From an uncultured Gemmatimonadales bacterium (lineage in GTDB: Bacteria > Gemmatimonadota > Gemmatimonadetes > Longimicrobiales > Gaopeijiaceae): DNA of 64,000 bases. Location: contig CAWELD010000010.1 in assembly GCA_963809895.1 (NCBI GenBank), forward strand, positions 480,001 to 544,000. Direction: 5' to 3'. Below are positions 19,145 through 29,900 of the stretch, in pieces. Position numbers and translations under genes: made by a program. Each line of letters opens with the position of its first letter. Positions within the stretch are counted from its first letter, which is position 1. Below the pieces are notes generated by a model. The model was given only the letters and a program-made list of their open reading frames with translations, was not told the origin of the DNA and did no database searches.

Positions 19145-20630
19145 GTGCCTCGCCGGTTGAGTTCGCCAGGAAATCCCGGATGCGATCCATGTAGACAGTG
19201 CGGTCATGGCTCTTCACCACCGCACCAGCCATGCGAACGGGATCGCCGAAGAAGAAGCGCTCGTAGAGCACCTGCCGCGATGCAAACGCCGACATGGCGG
19301 TATCCCACGCCAGGCGGAAGATGGGAATCCGCTCGTGGGCCTCCGCTCGGGCCGCTTGGAAATACCGCTGTATATCGGCAGCCATGGGGCCGTCTACGTC
19401 GGCTTCGGTGGGCATGGCCACGAGTCCGGACGCCCCCATCTGCCTGATGATCTCCACCATGCGCGGGTACAGGCGCGGGTACAGATTACGCGCGGCATCC
19501 AGTGGGGCCCATGCGGGTCGCATGACACCCCACTCATCCAGCTCGGCGTCCACCTCCGCCGTGCGGAGGAAGGCCTTCATCGTCTCCAGGTTCACCCAGA
19601 TCTCGGCAATCTTCTCCTGGATATGCTGGAATCCTTCGATGGCGATCGTGTCCGCAACCAGCGACGCGACGCCGAGCAGGAACTCGGTCTTCGCAACGTT
19701 CTTAACTACCACCTGGTGCGCCATGTGGACGACCGCGCCGGTACGGGCATACGACGCATTACACCGTTCGGGCTCACGGTACATGAACACGCGCTGCCAC
19801 GGGACCAGGACATCATCGAACGTCACCACCGCGTCCATCTCCTCGAAGCGCGAGGAGAGCGGGTGGTCATAGTGGGAGCGACCGTAGTCCACGCTCTCAC
19901 GGCATAGGAACCTCAGCCCTTCGGTGTTGCTCGGGATGCAGAATGCGTACGAATAGCCCGCATGTTCGGGTGTGTTCTTCAGGAACGTGGAGGGGAATAC
20001 CATGATCTCGTCGGACACGGGCAGAGTGGCCAGCATCCGACATCCCCGGATAACGATGCCCTCCGACGTCTCCTCCTTCACCTTCGCTGCCAGGTAGGGA
20101 TCATCCTGCTCAGCCGCGTGTTTGGCCCGGTTGGCCTGCGGGGAGCTGAGCGTGTGCGTGAGGCAGAGGTCGTTTTCCCGCATGTAACGGTGATACTCGC
20201 GGATATTCTCCCCAAAACGCGGGTCCTTTTCGGCGAGGAAGTCCGCGCCCCCGGCGTACCCCGAGATGGATCGGTTGATGTAGTCGGGCAGGCGGCCCAT
20301 GAGGCCGAAGCTGGCGCTCGCCCACTTCTTCATGGACCGACCGATGCTCTCCAACTCTGGTCCCGTGCGCGGGATCATGAACGAGCGTCCCACCTGGTTC
20401 CCAGTATCGGGAGACTGGAAGAGCGTGGCTTCTGGATCCTCCCACTGCATGTCGTAGAGGCCCGCCAGCGTATGGATGCCGCGCCCGATGGCCGGGTGCT
20501 CGGTCGGATCCTCGACCTGCTTCCCGCCGTACCAGAGGTTGGGCGGATCCTTGCGTAGGCGTTCCAACAGCGCAGAGCCGCTGCGTGCACCCCTCCCGGT
20601 GTCTTGTTCTCCTGCCGCGTCCTGCATCAC
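19128..20630 (-). CDS. hpaB: 4-hydroxyphenylacetate 3-monooxygenase-like oxygenase component
   Basis: GLMGRLPDY, LTHTL..PQANR, HPLSSRFEEMDA, SRQVLYERFFFGDP. Confidence 0.9.
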   Translation of the reverse strand: MMQDAAGEQDTGRGARSGSALLERLRKDPPNLWYGGKQVEDPTEHPAIGRGIHTLAGLYDMQWEDPEATLFQSPDTGNQVGRSFMIPRTGPELESIGRSMKKWASASFGLMGRLPDYINRSISGYAGGADFLAEKDPRFGENIREYHRYMRENDLCLTHTLSSPQANRAKHAAEQDDPYLAAKVKEETSEGIVIRGCRMLATLPVSDEIMVFPSTFLKNTPEHAGYSYAFCIPSNTEGLRFLCRESVDYGRSHYDHPLSSRFEEMDAVVTFDDVLVPWQRVFMYREPERCNASYARTGAVVHMAHQVVVKNVAKTEFLLGVASLVADTIAIEGFQHIQEKIAEIWVNLETMKAFLRTAEVDAELDEWGVMRPAWAPLDAARNLYPRLYPRMVEIIRQMGASGLVAMPTEADVDGPMAADIQRYFQAARAEAHERIPIFRLAWDTAMSAFASRQVLYERFFFGDPVRMAGAVVKSHDRTVYMDRIRDFLANSTGEAHGDGG

Positions 20631-20687
20631 CCCTCCTCCGTGGTCTCATGATCCCCGCCTGACGCAGCGGATCTCTCGATCGATTAA

Positions 20688-20717
20688 ATTGTCTGACAAT
20701 CCTAATGTATGGACATT
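20688..20717. promoter_or_regulatory. GntR/FadR-type operators in the divergent promoter
   Basis: ATTGTC-T-GACAAT (20688-20700) and AATGT-N4-ACATT (20704-20717). Confidence 0.7.
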
Positions 20718-20773
20718 TGGAGAGGAAGCAAGTATGATTGTTGGTCTGCACCGGGTTCACAGCACGAGGCGTC

Positions 20774-21502
20774 ATGAACCAACCAACGTTGTTTGCCGAC
20801 CGGAACGTCACGATCAGGAGGACGACCACCGTGGATCAGGTGGTCGCCACCGTGTCCGACCTGATTTTCCAGGGGGAGCTTCCGCCAGGCACTCCGCTCA
20901 GGGAGGAGGCTCTGGCCGCGAGCCTGGGCGTCGCGCGGACCACACTTCGTGAAGCGTTGAAGGAGCTGATCCACAAGGGACTGGTGCGGCACCACGCTCA
21001 CCGGGGATCTGCCGTGGTCACTCTGACCCCTGTGGATGTGGCCGACCTTTATCGTGTGCGGAGGCTTCTGGAACTTCCGGCTGTGCGGACCTGTCTTTCA
21101 GGCGAAGATCGCCTGCTCAGGATCGAGCGCCTGGAGGCGATCGTGGAGCGAGCAGAGGCCGCCGCCCGAGGCGGTAGGATCGCCGACCTCGTCCATGCCG
21201 ACCTTGCGTTTCACCGAGAAGTCGTGAGTTGGTTGGGCAGCAGCCGGACCGACCAGTACTTCGACTCGATCCTCAATGAGCTCCGCATCGGGTTCGCCCA
21301 GGTGGAGCGCGAACAGCGGTCCCTGACGGCACAGGCGAGCGTGCACCGCGAAATCCTGGAATGCCTTCAAGCGGGAGACGGCGAGGGATGCGCGCGTGTT
21401 CTCGGAGACCATCTCGCTGACTCCGAAGAAACGGTGGGGGCGGCGGTCGCGCGGTCGGTGAGCGAGGACGCGGGACCCCAGGGATCGGCCGCGACGGCCT
21501 GA
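20774..21502 (+). CDS. GntR family (FCD domain) transcriptional regulator
   Basis: LPPGTPLREEALAASLGVARTTLREAL; DLAFH. Confidence 0.92.
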   Translation: MNQPTLFADRNVTIRRTTTVDQVVATVSDLIFQGELPPGTPLREEALAASLGVARTTLREALKELIHKGLVRHHAHRGSAVVTLTPVDVADLYRVRRLLELPAVRTCLSGEDRLLRIERLEAIVERAEAAARGGRIADLVHADLAFHREVVSWLGSSRTDQYFDSILNELRIGFAQVEREQRSLTAQASVHREILECLQAGDGEGCARVLGDHLADSEETVGAAVARSVSEDAGPQGSAATA

Positions 21503-21533
21503 GTTCCAGCACCTGTCCTCCACCGAGGACCCA

Positions 21534-22919
21534 ATGAGTCCCACACCTGGGCCAAGCGGCAATCCGTCCACAGCACGGGAGCACTGGAAGAGCAGACTCG
21601 GGTTCATCAGTGCAACGGCGGGACTGTCCATTGGCTTGGGCAACGTCTGGCGATTCCCATACGTGGTCGGAGAGAACGGGGGGGGGGCTTTCCTCCTGGT
21701 GTACCTGCCAGCAGTAATCCTCATTGGTATTCCTCTGTTCACTGCGGAGATTTCACTGGGCCGGAGTGCGCAGCTCACCCCTATCGCTGGGATGCGTAGG
21801 CTCACCGGGCGAGCCTTTGGGTTCTGGAATCTCATCGGATGGCTGGGCGTCATCGCTGCCTTCGGAATCCTGACCTACTACGTGATGCTGCTGGCCTGGA
21901 TCGCTGACTATACGGTGGCGACCGCGACCGGTCGGTTCGTGGGGGCCGGTGCATCCGAGATCTCCGACGCCTTCGAGGTGATGGCGGGAAGTCCCGGACG
22001 CGTACTGGGGTGGATGGTGACGCTCTCGGTGGTGATGGGACTTGTCGTCACCCGTGGCCTCCAGCGCGGCATCGAGATGGCGAGCCGTATCCTCATGCCT
22101 TTGCTGGCGGTCCTCATGGTGGTGCTTGCCGTGGGGGCCATGTCATTGCCTGGGGCAGGAGAGGGCCTGGAGTGGTTCCTCCGTCCCCGGCTCGAAGGGC
22201 TCTCACCCCGGACCGTCCTGACCGCGCTGGGACAGGCGTTCTTCAGCCTGAGCATCGGCATGGCCGCAGCGTTCGTGTTCGGGAGCTATCTCGATCCCGA
22301 GGACAGCGATATTCCGGGTGCAGCCGCGACCGTCGCGGTTTTCGATACATTAGCCGCCATCTGTGCTGGTCTCATCATCTTTCCGGCGGTTTTCTCGCTT
22401 GGGTTGGAGCCCGATTCGGGGCCGCGGCTCATCTTCGTGACCATGACGAACGTGTTCTCCCAGGCGCCCATGGGGCGCTTGGTCGGAACCGCCTTCTTCT
22501 CCCTCCTGCTGCTCGCCGGGGTGACCTCCGGGATGGCTACGGTGGAGGCCGTAACCGCAACGGTTATCGATTCCTTGGGTCTCGACCGAAAGAGAACCGT
22601 CTGGATAGTCCTCGCCTCGGCCTTCTGCTTCGGAATTCCCAGTGTTCTCTCGTTCGGACCGTGGTCGGCAGTACGCCTGTTCGGCATGGACATCTTCGGG
22701 CGTGTCGACTTCTTGTTCGGAGTGGTCTTCCTGGCGCTGGGCGGGCTCCTGATGGCGTTGTACACATCACTTGTTTGGGGCTTCGACGCTTTTGCCAGGG
22801 ATACGAACGTCGGCGCGGGTCGGATCCGTGTGGGTCCCGCCTGGAGGGTGTTCGTGAAGATCTTGGTGCCCCTCTCCATCATCCTCGTCCTCCTCAGTGC
22901 CATCGGAGTCGTATCGTGA
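21534..22919 (+). CDS. Sodium-dependent transporter (SNF/NSS family)
   Basis: GLGNVWRFPY, GGGAFLLVY, QAFFSLS. Confidence 0.92.
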   Translation: MSPTPGPSGNPSTAREHWKSRLGFISATAGLSIGLGNVWRFPYVVGENGGGAFLLVYLPAVILIGIPLFTAEISLGRSAQLTPIAGMRRLTGRAFGFWNLIGWLGVIAAFGILTYYVMLLAWIADYTVATATGRFVGAGASEISDAFEVMAGSPGRVLGWMVTLSVVMGLVVTRGLQRGIEMASRILMPLLAVLMVVLAVGAMSLPGAGEGLEWFLRPRLEGLSPRTVLTALGQAFFSLSIGMAAAFVFGSYLDPEDSDIPGAAATVAVFDTLAAICAGLIIFPAVFSLGLEPDSGPRLIFVTMTNVFSQAPMGRLVGTAFFSLLLLAGVTSGMATVEAVTATVIDSLGLDRKRTVWIVLASAFCFGIPSVLSFGPWSAVRLFGMDIFGRVDFLFGVVFLALGGLLMALYTSLVWGFDAFARDTNVGAGRIRVGPAWRVFVKILVPLSIILVLLSAIGVVS

Positions 22920-23839
22920 GCTTTCCTCGCACCGAGTGGATCTGGAAGAACGGCGAACTGATTCCGTGGGAAGACGCCACCATCCACTCACTCTCCCACG
23001 TGGTGCATCACGGCTCGTGCGTCTTCGAGGGTGTGCGCTGTTACGAAACGGCGGAAGGGGCGGCGATCTTTCGCCTGCGTGATCACATGCGTCGCCTGGT
23101 CGGCTCGGCGAAGGTGTACCGGATGGAACTGGCCCACTCGGCCGAGGAACTCGGAGCCGCCTGCGTCGAGCTGGTGCGCAGCAACGGGCTCCGGGCCTGC
23201 TACATCCGGCCTTTCGCCCTCCGAGGTCTCGGATACCCGGGCGTGAACCCGACCGGTACGCCCATCGAGGTGTTCATTGCGTGCTGGCCCTGGGGGACAT
23301 ACCTGGGAGACGAGGCTCTGGAGCGGGGTGTGGATGCCTGTGTGTCCAGTTGGTCGCGGCCCGCGCCCAATACGTTGCCGGTCGGGGCAAAGGCCGCGGG
23401 CAACTATCTGAGTTCGCAACTCATCAAGATGGAGGCCCTCGCCAACGGTTACGACGAGGGCATCGCCCTCTCTCCCGGGGGCTTGGTGAGCGAGGGGAGC
23501 GCGCAGAACCTCTTCCTGGTGCGGGACGGGGCTCTGTTCACGCCCGCCGTCGATGGGACCCTCCTCGCCGGGATCACCCGCCACACCGTGCTCCAGATCA
23601 TCAAAGATCTCGATCTCACGGTTGTGCAGGGCCCCATCCCCCGCGAGGACCTGTACACCGCCGACGAATTGTTCTTCTGCGGGACTGCAGTAGAAGTGAC
23701 ACCGGTGCGGGCCGTGGATGGCGTTCCGATCGGCTCCAGGGAGCCCGGACCCATTACCCGCCGGATCCAGAGTCGCTTCCTGGAGAGCGTCACCGGACGG
23801 CTCCGCGACGTCCACGGATGGCTTACCCGGGTCGAATAG
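22916..23839 (+). CDS. ilvE: Branched-chain amino acid aminotransferase (class IV)
   Basis: VFEGVRCY, AKAAGNY, VSEGSAQN, LAGITR, CGTAVEV. Confidence 0.9.
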   Translation: MSFPRTEWIWKNGELIPWEDATIHSLSHVVHHGSCVFEGVRCYETAEGAAIFRLRDHMRRLVGSAKVYRMELAHSAEELGAACVELVRSNGLRACYIRPFALRGLGYPGVNPTGTPIEVFIACWPWGTYLGDEALERGVDACVSSWSRPAPNTLPVGAKAAGNYLSSQLIKMEALANGYDEGIALSPGGLVSEGSAQNLFLVRDGALFTPAVDGTLLAGITRHTVLQIIKDLDLTVVQGPIPREDLYTADELFFCGTAVEVTPVRAVDGVPIGSREPGPITRRIQSRFLESVTGRLRDVHGWLTRVE

Positions 23840-24078
23840 TCTCGGGTGCCGATGCAGGTGACCGAGTCGTCGGCGTCCCCACGCCGCCAAGACCAGGCGA
23901 CGTCACCGCACCATGGTCTCCGTGGGGAGAGTGCACGCTCTCTACGTTCGACGTGGGGCCTGCGTCCAACAACGGCTCAGTGCACGAACCGGTATCCCGG
24001 TGCCACGAACCGGTCGTGAAATGGGCAACTCCCCGTCAGAGCCGTGCCCATTGGATCGGACCATTCAGAGATCGGAGT

Positions 24079-24408
24079 CTAGGTGGGCGGGCTCACCCTC
24101 TCGTCCAAGACCTCAAAATGAGCTGATCTCAGGTCCCACCGCTTGAGGACTGCCTGAGCCGGTTCGGGTACGTAGCATTGCTCATAGTCTTCGCCCGTGA
24201 AGTCTCTCACGCTCTGAAGGGACGCGAAGGTCATCACGGTCACAAACTCGACCTCGTCTTCATGATCCCGCCTCAGAACGTCAATCCCCCGGTAGCCTTC
24301 TATCTTCTTGGCCTCGATTCCGGGGATCACGATTGTACTCAGGACCTGCCAGTAGGCCTCGGCGTCCTCAGGAGCAGTCCAGCCGTGCCGTATACGTTTG
24401 ATTGTCAT
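24079..24408 (-). CDS. Antibiotic biosynthesis monooxygenase-like (dimeric alpha-beta barrel) protein
   Basis: RIRHGWT, EVEFVTVM, FTGEDYE..VP. Confidence 0.7.
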   Translation of the reverse strand: MTIKRIRHGWTAPEDAEAYWQVLSTIVIPGIEAKKIEGYRGIDVLRRDHEDEVEFVTVMTFASLQSVRDFTGEDYEQCYVPEPAQAVLKRWDLRSAHFEVLDERVSPPT

Positions 24409-24527
24409 TCGTCCGCCTTCGAGAGTGTTCGAAACTGTAGTCAGCTTGGGACGGATCGGATGACGGATCCAGTGGGAGCGGGTCATCGTCTCGTCCCTCA
24501 CGGAATGCTGGCTCCGGACCAGGAGCC

Positions 24528-24863
24528 TCACCTCCTCACACATAGGCAGCCAGCGGGGCGATAGTAGAAGACAGAGCTGATCTGGTCGGGATTGCCTCCG
24601 TCATTGGTGCCGTTGTCGATGAGCTCGATGGCCACTCCGGTGATCAAGGCGTCGACGTCGTCCCCATATGTCGATCGATCCCACGTCGTCTCGTTGGACT
24701 GGAAGAGGATCCGGCGTCCGTCTGGGGAGAAGTGGGGGTACTTGAACTCCACCGTGGTGAGGCGGACCAGCGAGTCCAGGGAGAGGGAGGCCTGGGCGGC
24801 CGCGCCGGGTACGGCCAGGACCACCGCGAGGGCGGAGTGGCGGACGGGAGCGGACCGGATCAT
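24528..24863 (-). pseudogene. TolB/PD40-like secreted protein fragment fused to unrelated sequence
   Basis: Signal peptide and YPHFSPDGRRILFQSN, then abrupt loss of similarity. Confidence 0.5.
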
Positions 24864-25315
24864 CGGTATCTCCGTGCTTATGACAACACCAGGTGTTGGC
24901 AAAGTATCAACAGCACAGCCATGCACAATCAATACCTGGGACGCGACGCCGTGCCACTACCATTGCTAGGTGTGGGCATGACAGAGCCCCGCGACGTGCG
25001 GCCGTCCCCCCCTGACCCGGCGCCTCCTCCGCGGTCCGGCTCGGCTCCCCCGCCGCCGAGGTTTCCGCCCCATGCGCCTGAAGGGACGGTCCGGCACATC
25101 CTCGTCCGTTTCGGCGGCCGCGGGTGACGTCGTCCTCCTGAATGCCCTACCTGTGGATTGAAAGCCTCAACTGAGGGCGCCAACCAGTGGTGCGCCACCA
25201 CGGGAGCCGGCCCGACCTTCCAGGCCGACCATGGACAGATCCAGATCCGCTAACCGACACTCGTCTCACCTTCAGCGGTCGACCTCCGGTCCGCCGCTCA
25301 ATCGGGGACACTGAC

Positions 25316-25837
25316 ATGTCCGAAACGAACAGCCGCACGTGGTGGGTGGCCGCAGGCCTCCTGCTCGCTCTCGCTCCAGCCTCCGCCGTGGGGCAGACCT
25401 CGCCGAGGTGTACCGACGCGGAGTTCCGCCAGATGGACTTCTGGATCGGAAGCTGGGAGGTGACCGACGCCGAGGGGACCCTGGTGGGCCGGAGCACCGT
25501 CTCTCCCATCATGGAGATGTGCGCGCTCCGCGAGGAGTGGGACTCGGGCCAGGTGAAGGGGATGAGCATCAACATGTATGACAAGCCCACCAGGTCCTGG
25601 CACCAGATGTGGGTGGACAACATGGGCGTGGTGTTGCGTCTGGAGGGCGCCCGATCCGGCGAGGCCATGGTGCTTCACGGCAGTCGGGTGGGGTCGGACG
25701 GGAAGGAACGTCAGCTACGGGTGACGCTGACGCCCCAGGCCGACGGATCGCTCCGCCAACTCCAGGAGCGTTCCGAGGATAACGGCATGACCTGGTCGGT
25801 GATCTTCGATGGACACTATTCGAAGACCGGGATGTAG
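25316..25837 (+). CDS. Secreted DUF1579-like beta-barrel protein
   Basis: Signal peptide; RQMDFWIGSW, WHQMWVDN, ERSEDNGMTW. Confidence 0.7.
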   Translation: MSETNSRTWWVAAGLLLALAPASAVGQTSPRCTDAEFRQMDFWIGSWEVTDAEGTLVGRSTVSPIMEMCALREEWDSGQVKGMSINMYDKPTRSWHQMWVDNMGVVLRLEGARSGEAMVLHGSRVGSDGKERQLRVTLTPQADGSLRQLQERSEDNGMTWSVIFDGHYSKTGM

Positions 25838-25861
25838 AACGGGCGTTCGCACGGGAAACGG

Positions 25862-26200
25862 ATGACCCGCGGCGAGCAGCGACATCCGACCGAGCCCTTT
25901 TGGGAGGTTTCCTACCAGGACGACGACGTGGCCACCTTCGGTCCTCCTTCATCGGGGTTGGACCGGGTGGTCGCGTCGCTTCCATAAGGGGCGCGGGCTC
26001 TGGATCTTGGGTGCGGAGACGGGCGCAACACACTCCACCTGATCCGCCTGGGCTGTGAGCGCGTGGGTTCAGGAGGTGACGACGCTGGAACTCAAACGGT
26101 CTTATCACCTCGTGGTCTGCCAGGGGCTCCTGCACCTGCTCCTGCCCGACGCCCGCCTTCCCCTGGTCGAAAGGCTCAAGGCCGCCACTCTGCCTCCCTC
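25862..26200 (+). pseudogene. Class I SAM methyltransferase (TehB-like) remnant
   Basis: In-frame TAA before ALDLGCGDGRN; internal deletion; later YHLVVCQGLLHLL. Confidence 0.6.
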
Positions 26201-26360
26201 GAAGACGAGCATCCGGGCGGGGTACGGCACCGTCATGCGGTCAATTCGGTGGTCGCCCGGAGGCGTCCCTGACCGGGCCGCGGTGATCCGTCGCCGTCGC
26301 TGCCCGCGACCGTCGGGCGATGCGGCCGGCTCCCCCGGTGCACCCCGGAGGTCGTGGCGT

Positions 26361-26460
26361 CTACTCGTCCCGGAGCACCTCGATCGGATCGACCCGCGCA
26401 GCTCTGCGCGCGGGGAAATAGCACGCCAGCAGCGTGACGGATCCCAGCAGGGCCGCGCAC
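26361..26460 (-). pseudogene. C-terminal fragment of an ADOP permease
   Basis: LLACYFPARRAARVDPIEVLRDE*. Confidence 0.7.
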
Positions 26461-26757
26461 CGAGGCTCGAAGCTCACTGCGAACCGCCCGAAACAGAATC
26501 CGAAGTACCGCGCTTGACAGCTCACCGTTTCGCATGAGGTGCGGTCGCAGCCGCTTGGGCACGGACAGCACCCATTGCCGCATCGGTACGACCGGAACGA
26601 CGCTGTCGCTGAGGTGTGCGGCGACCTCGGCCATGCGCCGGTTGGTGCACGAGGGGCAGACGCAGCGTCCCTTGCAGCTGAAGGCCACCAGCCGCTCCTG
26701 GCGGCAGTCGTTGCAGCGCGCCCGAGCGAACCCGAACGCGAGGATCCCGCAGGTGGC
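26461..26757 (-). mobile_element. IS91-family transposase fragment (zinc-binding domain)
   Basis: CGILAFGFARARC..C..VAFSCKGR..CPSC..RRM..RQWVLSVPKRLR. Confidence 0.85.
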
Positions 26758-26986
26758 GCACCCCTGGGTGCCGCTCGGCGAAGAGGTCGGCGATGCGTTG
26801 CTCGGTGGTCGACCTCCTGGTCTCCGGCCCACGTCAGCACTCGCAGGGTGACGGCGTCGGGGGATCCCGGAGCGGTGTCGGGGCCGCAGGCGGCGGCGAC
26901 GAGCACGAGCGCAACGGACAGGTACCGGAATCCCAGGGCGGATCGCGGGCGCGTGCGCATCGGACGTGGGATCACGGGATCCGGGC
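26758..26986 (-). pseudogene. Diverged duplicate of the 5' end of the sugar-binding protein gene (10478-10705)
   Basis: AACGPDTAPGSP..VTLRVLTWAGDQEV; nucleotide alignment. Confidence 0.85.
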
Positions 26987-29900
26987 GGTGGGGGAGCCTG
27001 CCGAGAGCCGGTCGAGGGCGCTCCGTACCTCGGCCACCTCGGCCGCCATGGCAGGCTCGGGATCGGCACGGAGCGTCAGATACTGCGTGTAGAGTGAGAC
27101 GGCCCGGTCGCGGTGCCCGGCCAGCACCGCCATCCGGCCGCCTTCTCGCAGGTACGCGGCCAGGTAGTGCGGATAGCCGAGCCCGACCCGGAACCGGCCC
27201 GCCGCCGCCTCGGCCCGGGCGTACTCGCCCTCCCCCTCCAGCATCTTCGCCACCTCCAGGTTCTCCCACATCAGTTGCAGGTAGGGAACCGTGAGCAGGA
27301 GGGTGTCCACCGCCAGGATCATCCGGCGCGCTTCGGGCCTGCCGGTGCCCTGGGCGTGCGCCGCTTCCAGGATCCTGCCACAGACCCTCGCCTGTCGTTC
27401 GGGAAGCGTTCCCATCCCCGACCCGGTGAAGTCCCCGAGGCGCGTGACGGCCTTATCGACCGCCTCCCAGCGGCCCGCGCGCGCGTCCATCAACCCCAGA
27501 GCACAGACATCCGGTCCGTCCCCCAGCCTCGCGATCTCGTGGGAACCCGCGACAGGCGTGCCACCCCAGAACAACTCGTCCACGATGGTCTGGGACGGGG
27601 TGGCCTGTGGGCCCACATCGGGCATCTGCTCGTCGGCCTCCCGGGGTCGCCCAGCGTCCAACGCCAACCATCGGCGCATGACCGCCAGCTCTTCGCGGTG
27701 CTCGCGTCGCTGCACGACATGGTCCATGTGTTCGAGCAACGCCCGAAGCGGGCCGATGAGCTCGGGAAAGAGCGCCACCGAGAAGACCAGCGAGCTGAGA
27801 CCTGTGAACGCTGTGTCGCTTCCGTCGAAATGCTCCAGCGCTCCCCGCGCGAGCGCGCTGTCGCCCAGGACTTGTCCCACCAGCCACTCGTCCTTGAACC
27901 GCACCGCAGGATCGGGGACGGCGGCGCGGTACTCGGTCCAGAGCGAGCGCACCCGGGCGGTGTCGCCACGTCGCGCTGCGATCTGAATCAGATGCTGGAG
28001 GACGCCAGCCTGCCCGGGATCCAGCGCCAGCGACCTGCGGAACGCCTCATCGGCCCGCTCGAGCGGCCGGTCGATTCCCAGCAGGGCCCCGACGTGGAAC
28101 AGGTGATCGGCGAGTAGATACCACGCCTCGAACCGGTCGGCTGCTACGACGGCCGCGTGCTCCCGTGCCGCCTGCACGTCGGCCAGGGCCGACGGCTCGG
28201 GCCCGTTCGGCCCCACGATCGCCTCGACGAGCGCCCGGTCCTTGGCCCGGAGCCGCTGGCGGTTCCGCCATGCCGTCTCGGTGGCGAGACGTGCCGTGGC
28301 CTCGGCGGCGTTGCCGGACCACTCGTGGGCCATCAACAGCCCGAGGCCCGCCAGCGCGAAGCTGGGATCGAGCTCCAGAGCCTCTGTGAACCGATCCACC
28401 GCGAGGTCGTACTCGCCCCGCCGATAGTGGCGTTGGCCGACGAGATAGGCGCGGGTGGCGGTGAGCGAGCTGGTGGTAAGGCTGCCGCTCTGGTCCGGGG
28501 GGATGCCATCGAGCTGCGCCAGGAGACGTCCGAGCAGGCGCGGCACGTGGGCCAGCAGACTGTCCGTGGGGCCCGTTACCGACACATGCAGCACCTGACC
28601 GGCGCCCACGGGCGCCAGAGAGGCGCGGAGCAACACGTCGTCGCCGGCGCCGACGAACGATCCCCGCAGTACCCAGCCCGCGCCCAGGTCCCGTGCGATG
28701 GCCACAGCGTCGTCGTCATCCAACTCGGGATCGGATGCATGCCCGCCGTGGGCGTTCCAGGTCCGGAACAGGGTCGCCGGTTCGACGGCTCGCAGGCCGC
28801 CGTCATCACCCGTGAGATAGATGGCGGAGAGATCCACCACCCCCTCGCTCAGCTCCTCAAGCGCCGGGCCGCCTCCCGCGACCCGGAACGGAAGCACGGC
28901 CACGAGGTTCGGGTCGCCTCCGCCTCCGCCGGCCTCTGCCACGGCCCAGAGTCCGGCCGCCAACAGGGCCGCCACTAGCGCGCTGGCCTTCCAGGCGCGT
29001 GGCGAGATCCGCGAGGTCAGCGCCATGAGACGAAGCCACGGTCGGGCCACACTACGTACGCCCGGCGACGAGTCCTGCCTCAGCGGGTGCTCCGCCGAGA
29101 GCTCGCCCGCCAGAATCTCCGCCGACTGGGGCCGCTGCGCCGGCTCCCTCTCCAGGCAACGCATGAGAAGGCTCGCCAGCCACGGCGGTGCGTCCGGACG
29201 CAACTCCAGCAGGTCTGGAGCCTCTCGGGTCAGCTTCTCGGCCAGGATCTGCTGCGGAGTGTCGCTGATGAACGGCGGCCGCCCGGTCAGCAACTCATAG
29301 CCCACCACCCCCAGGGAGTACAGGTCGGCCAGGTGGCTCACCCGCGGGTCGCCGGCGGCCTGCTCCGGAGACGTATAGGTGGGCGTGCCGAGGCTCGTAC
29401 CGGTCTGTGTGAGGAGCACGCCGTCCCCTTCACCAGGTATGCGGGCGGCCTCGGCGGCCCGGGCGATGCCGAAATCGGCCACGAGCGCGCGGGGGCCCAC
29501 CAGCAGGATGTTCTCGGGCTTGATGTCACGATGGATGACGCCCAGTTCGTGGGCATGACGGAGGCTCTCGGCCACCTCTCGGAGAACCTGGATTACCTCG
29601 GCCGGCTCCATCGGTCCGCGGCGCAGGCGGCGACGGAGCGTCTCTCCGGGAACGACGGGCATCACGTAGTAGAGGCGGCCGTTCACCTCTCCGGAATCGA
29701 AGAGAGGGACGATTCCAGGATGCTGGAGCTGGCTCGCGATGCGGATCTCGCGCAGAAAGCGGTCGCGGGCCAGACCCTCGGTCATCTCCGGAGCCAAGAC
29801 CTTGACGGCTACAAAGCGGTCGTGCTTCAGGTCGCGCGCCAGGTAGACGGTGGCACTCCCGCCGGCGCCCAGCGCACGCTCGATGCGGTAGTGCTCGCCG

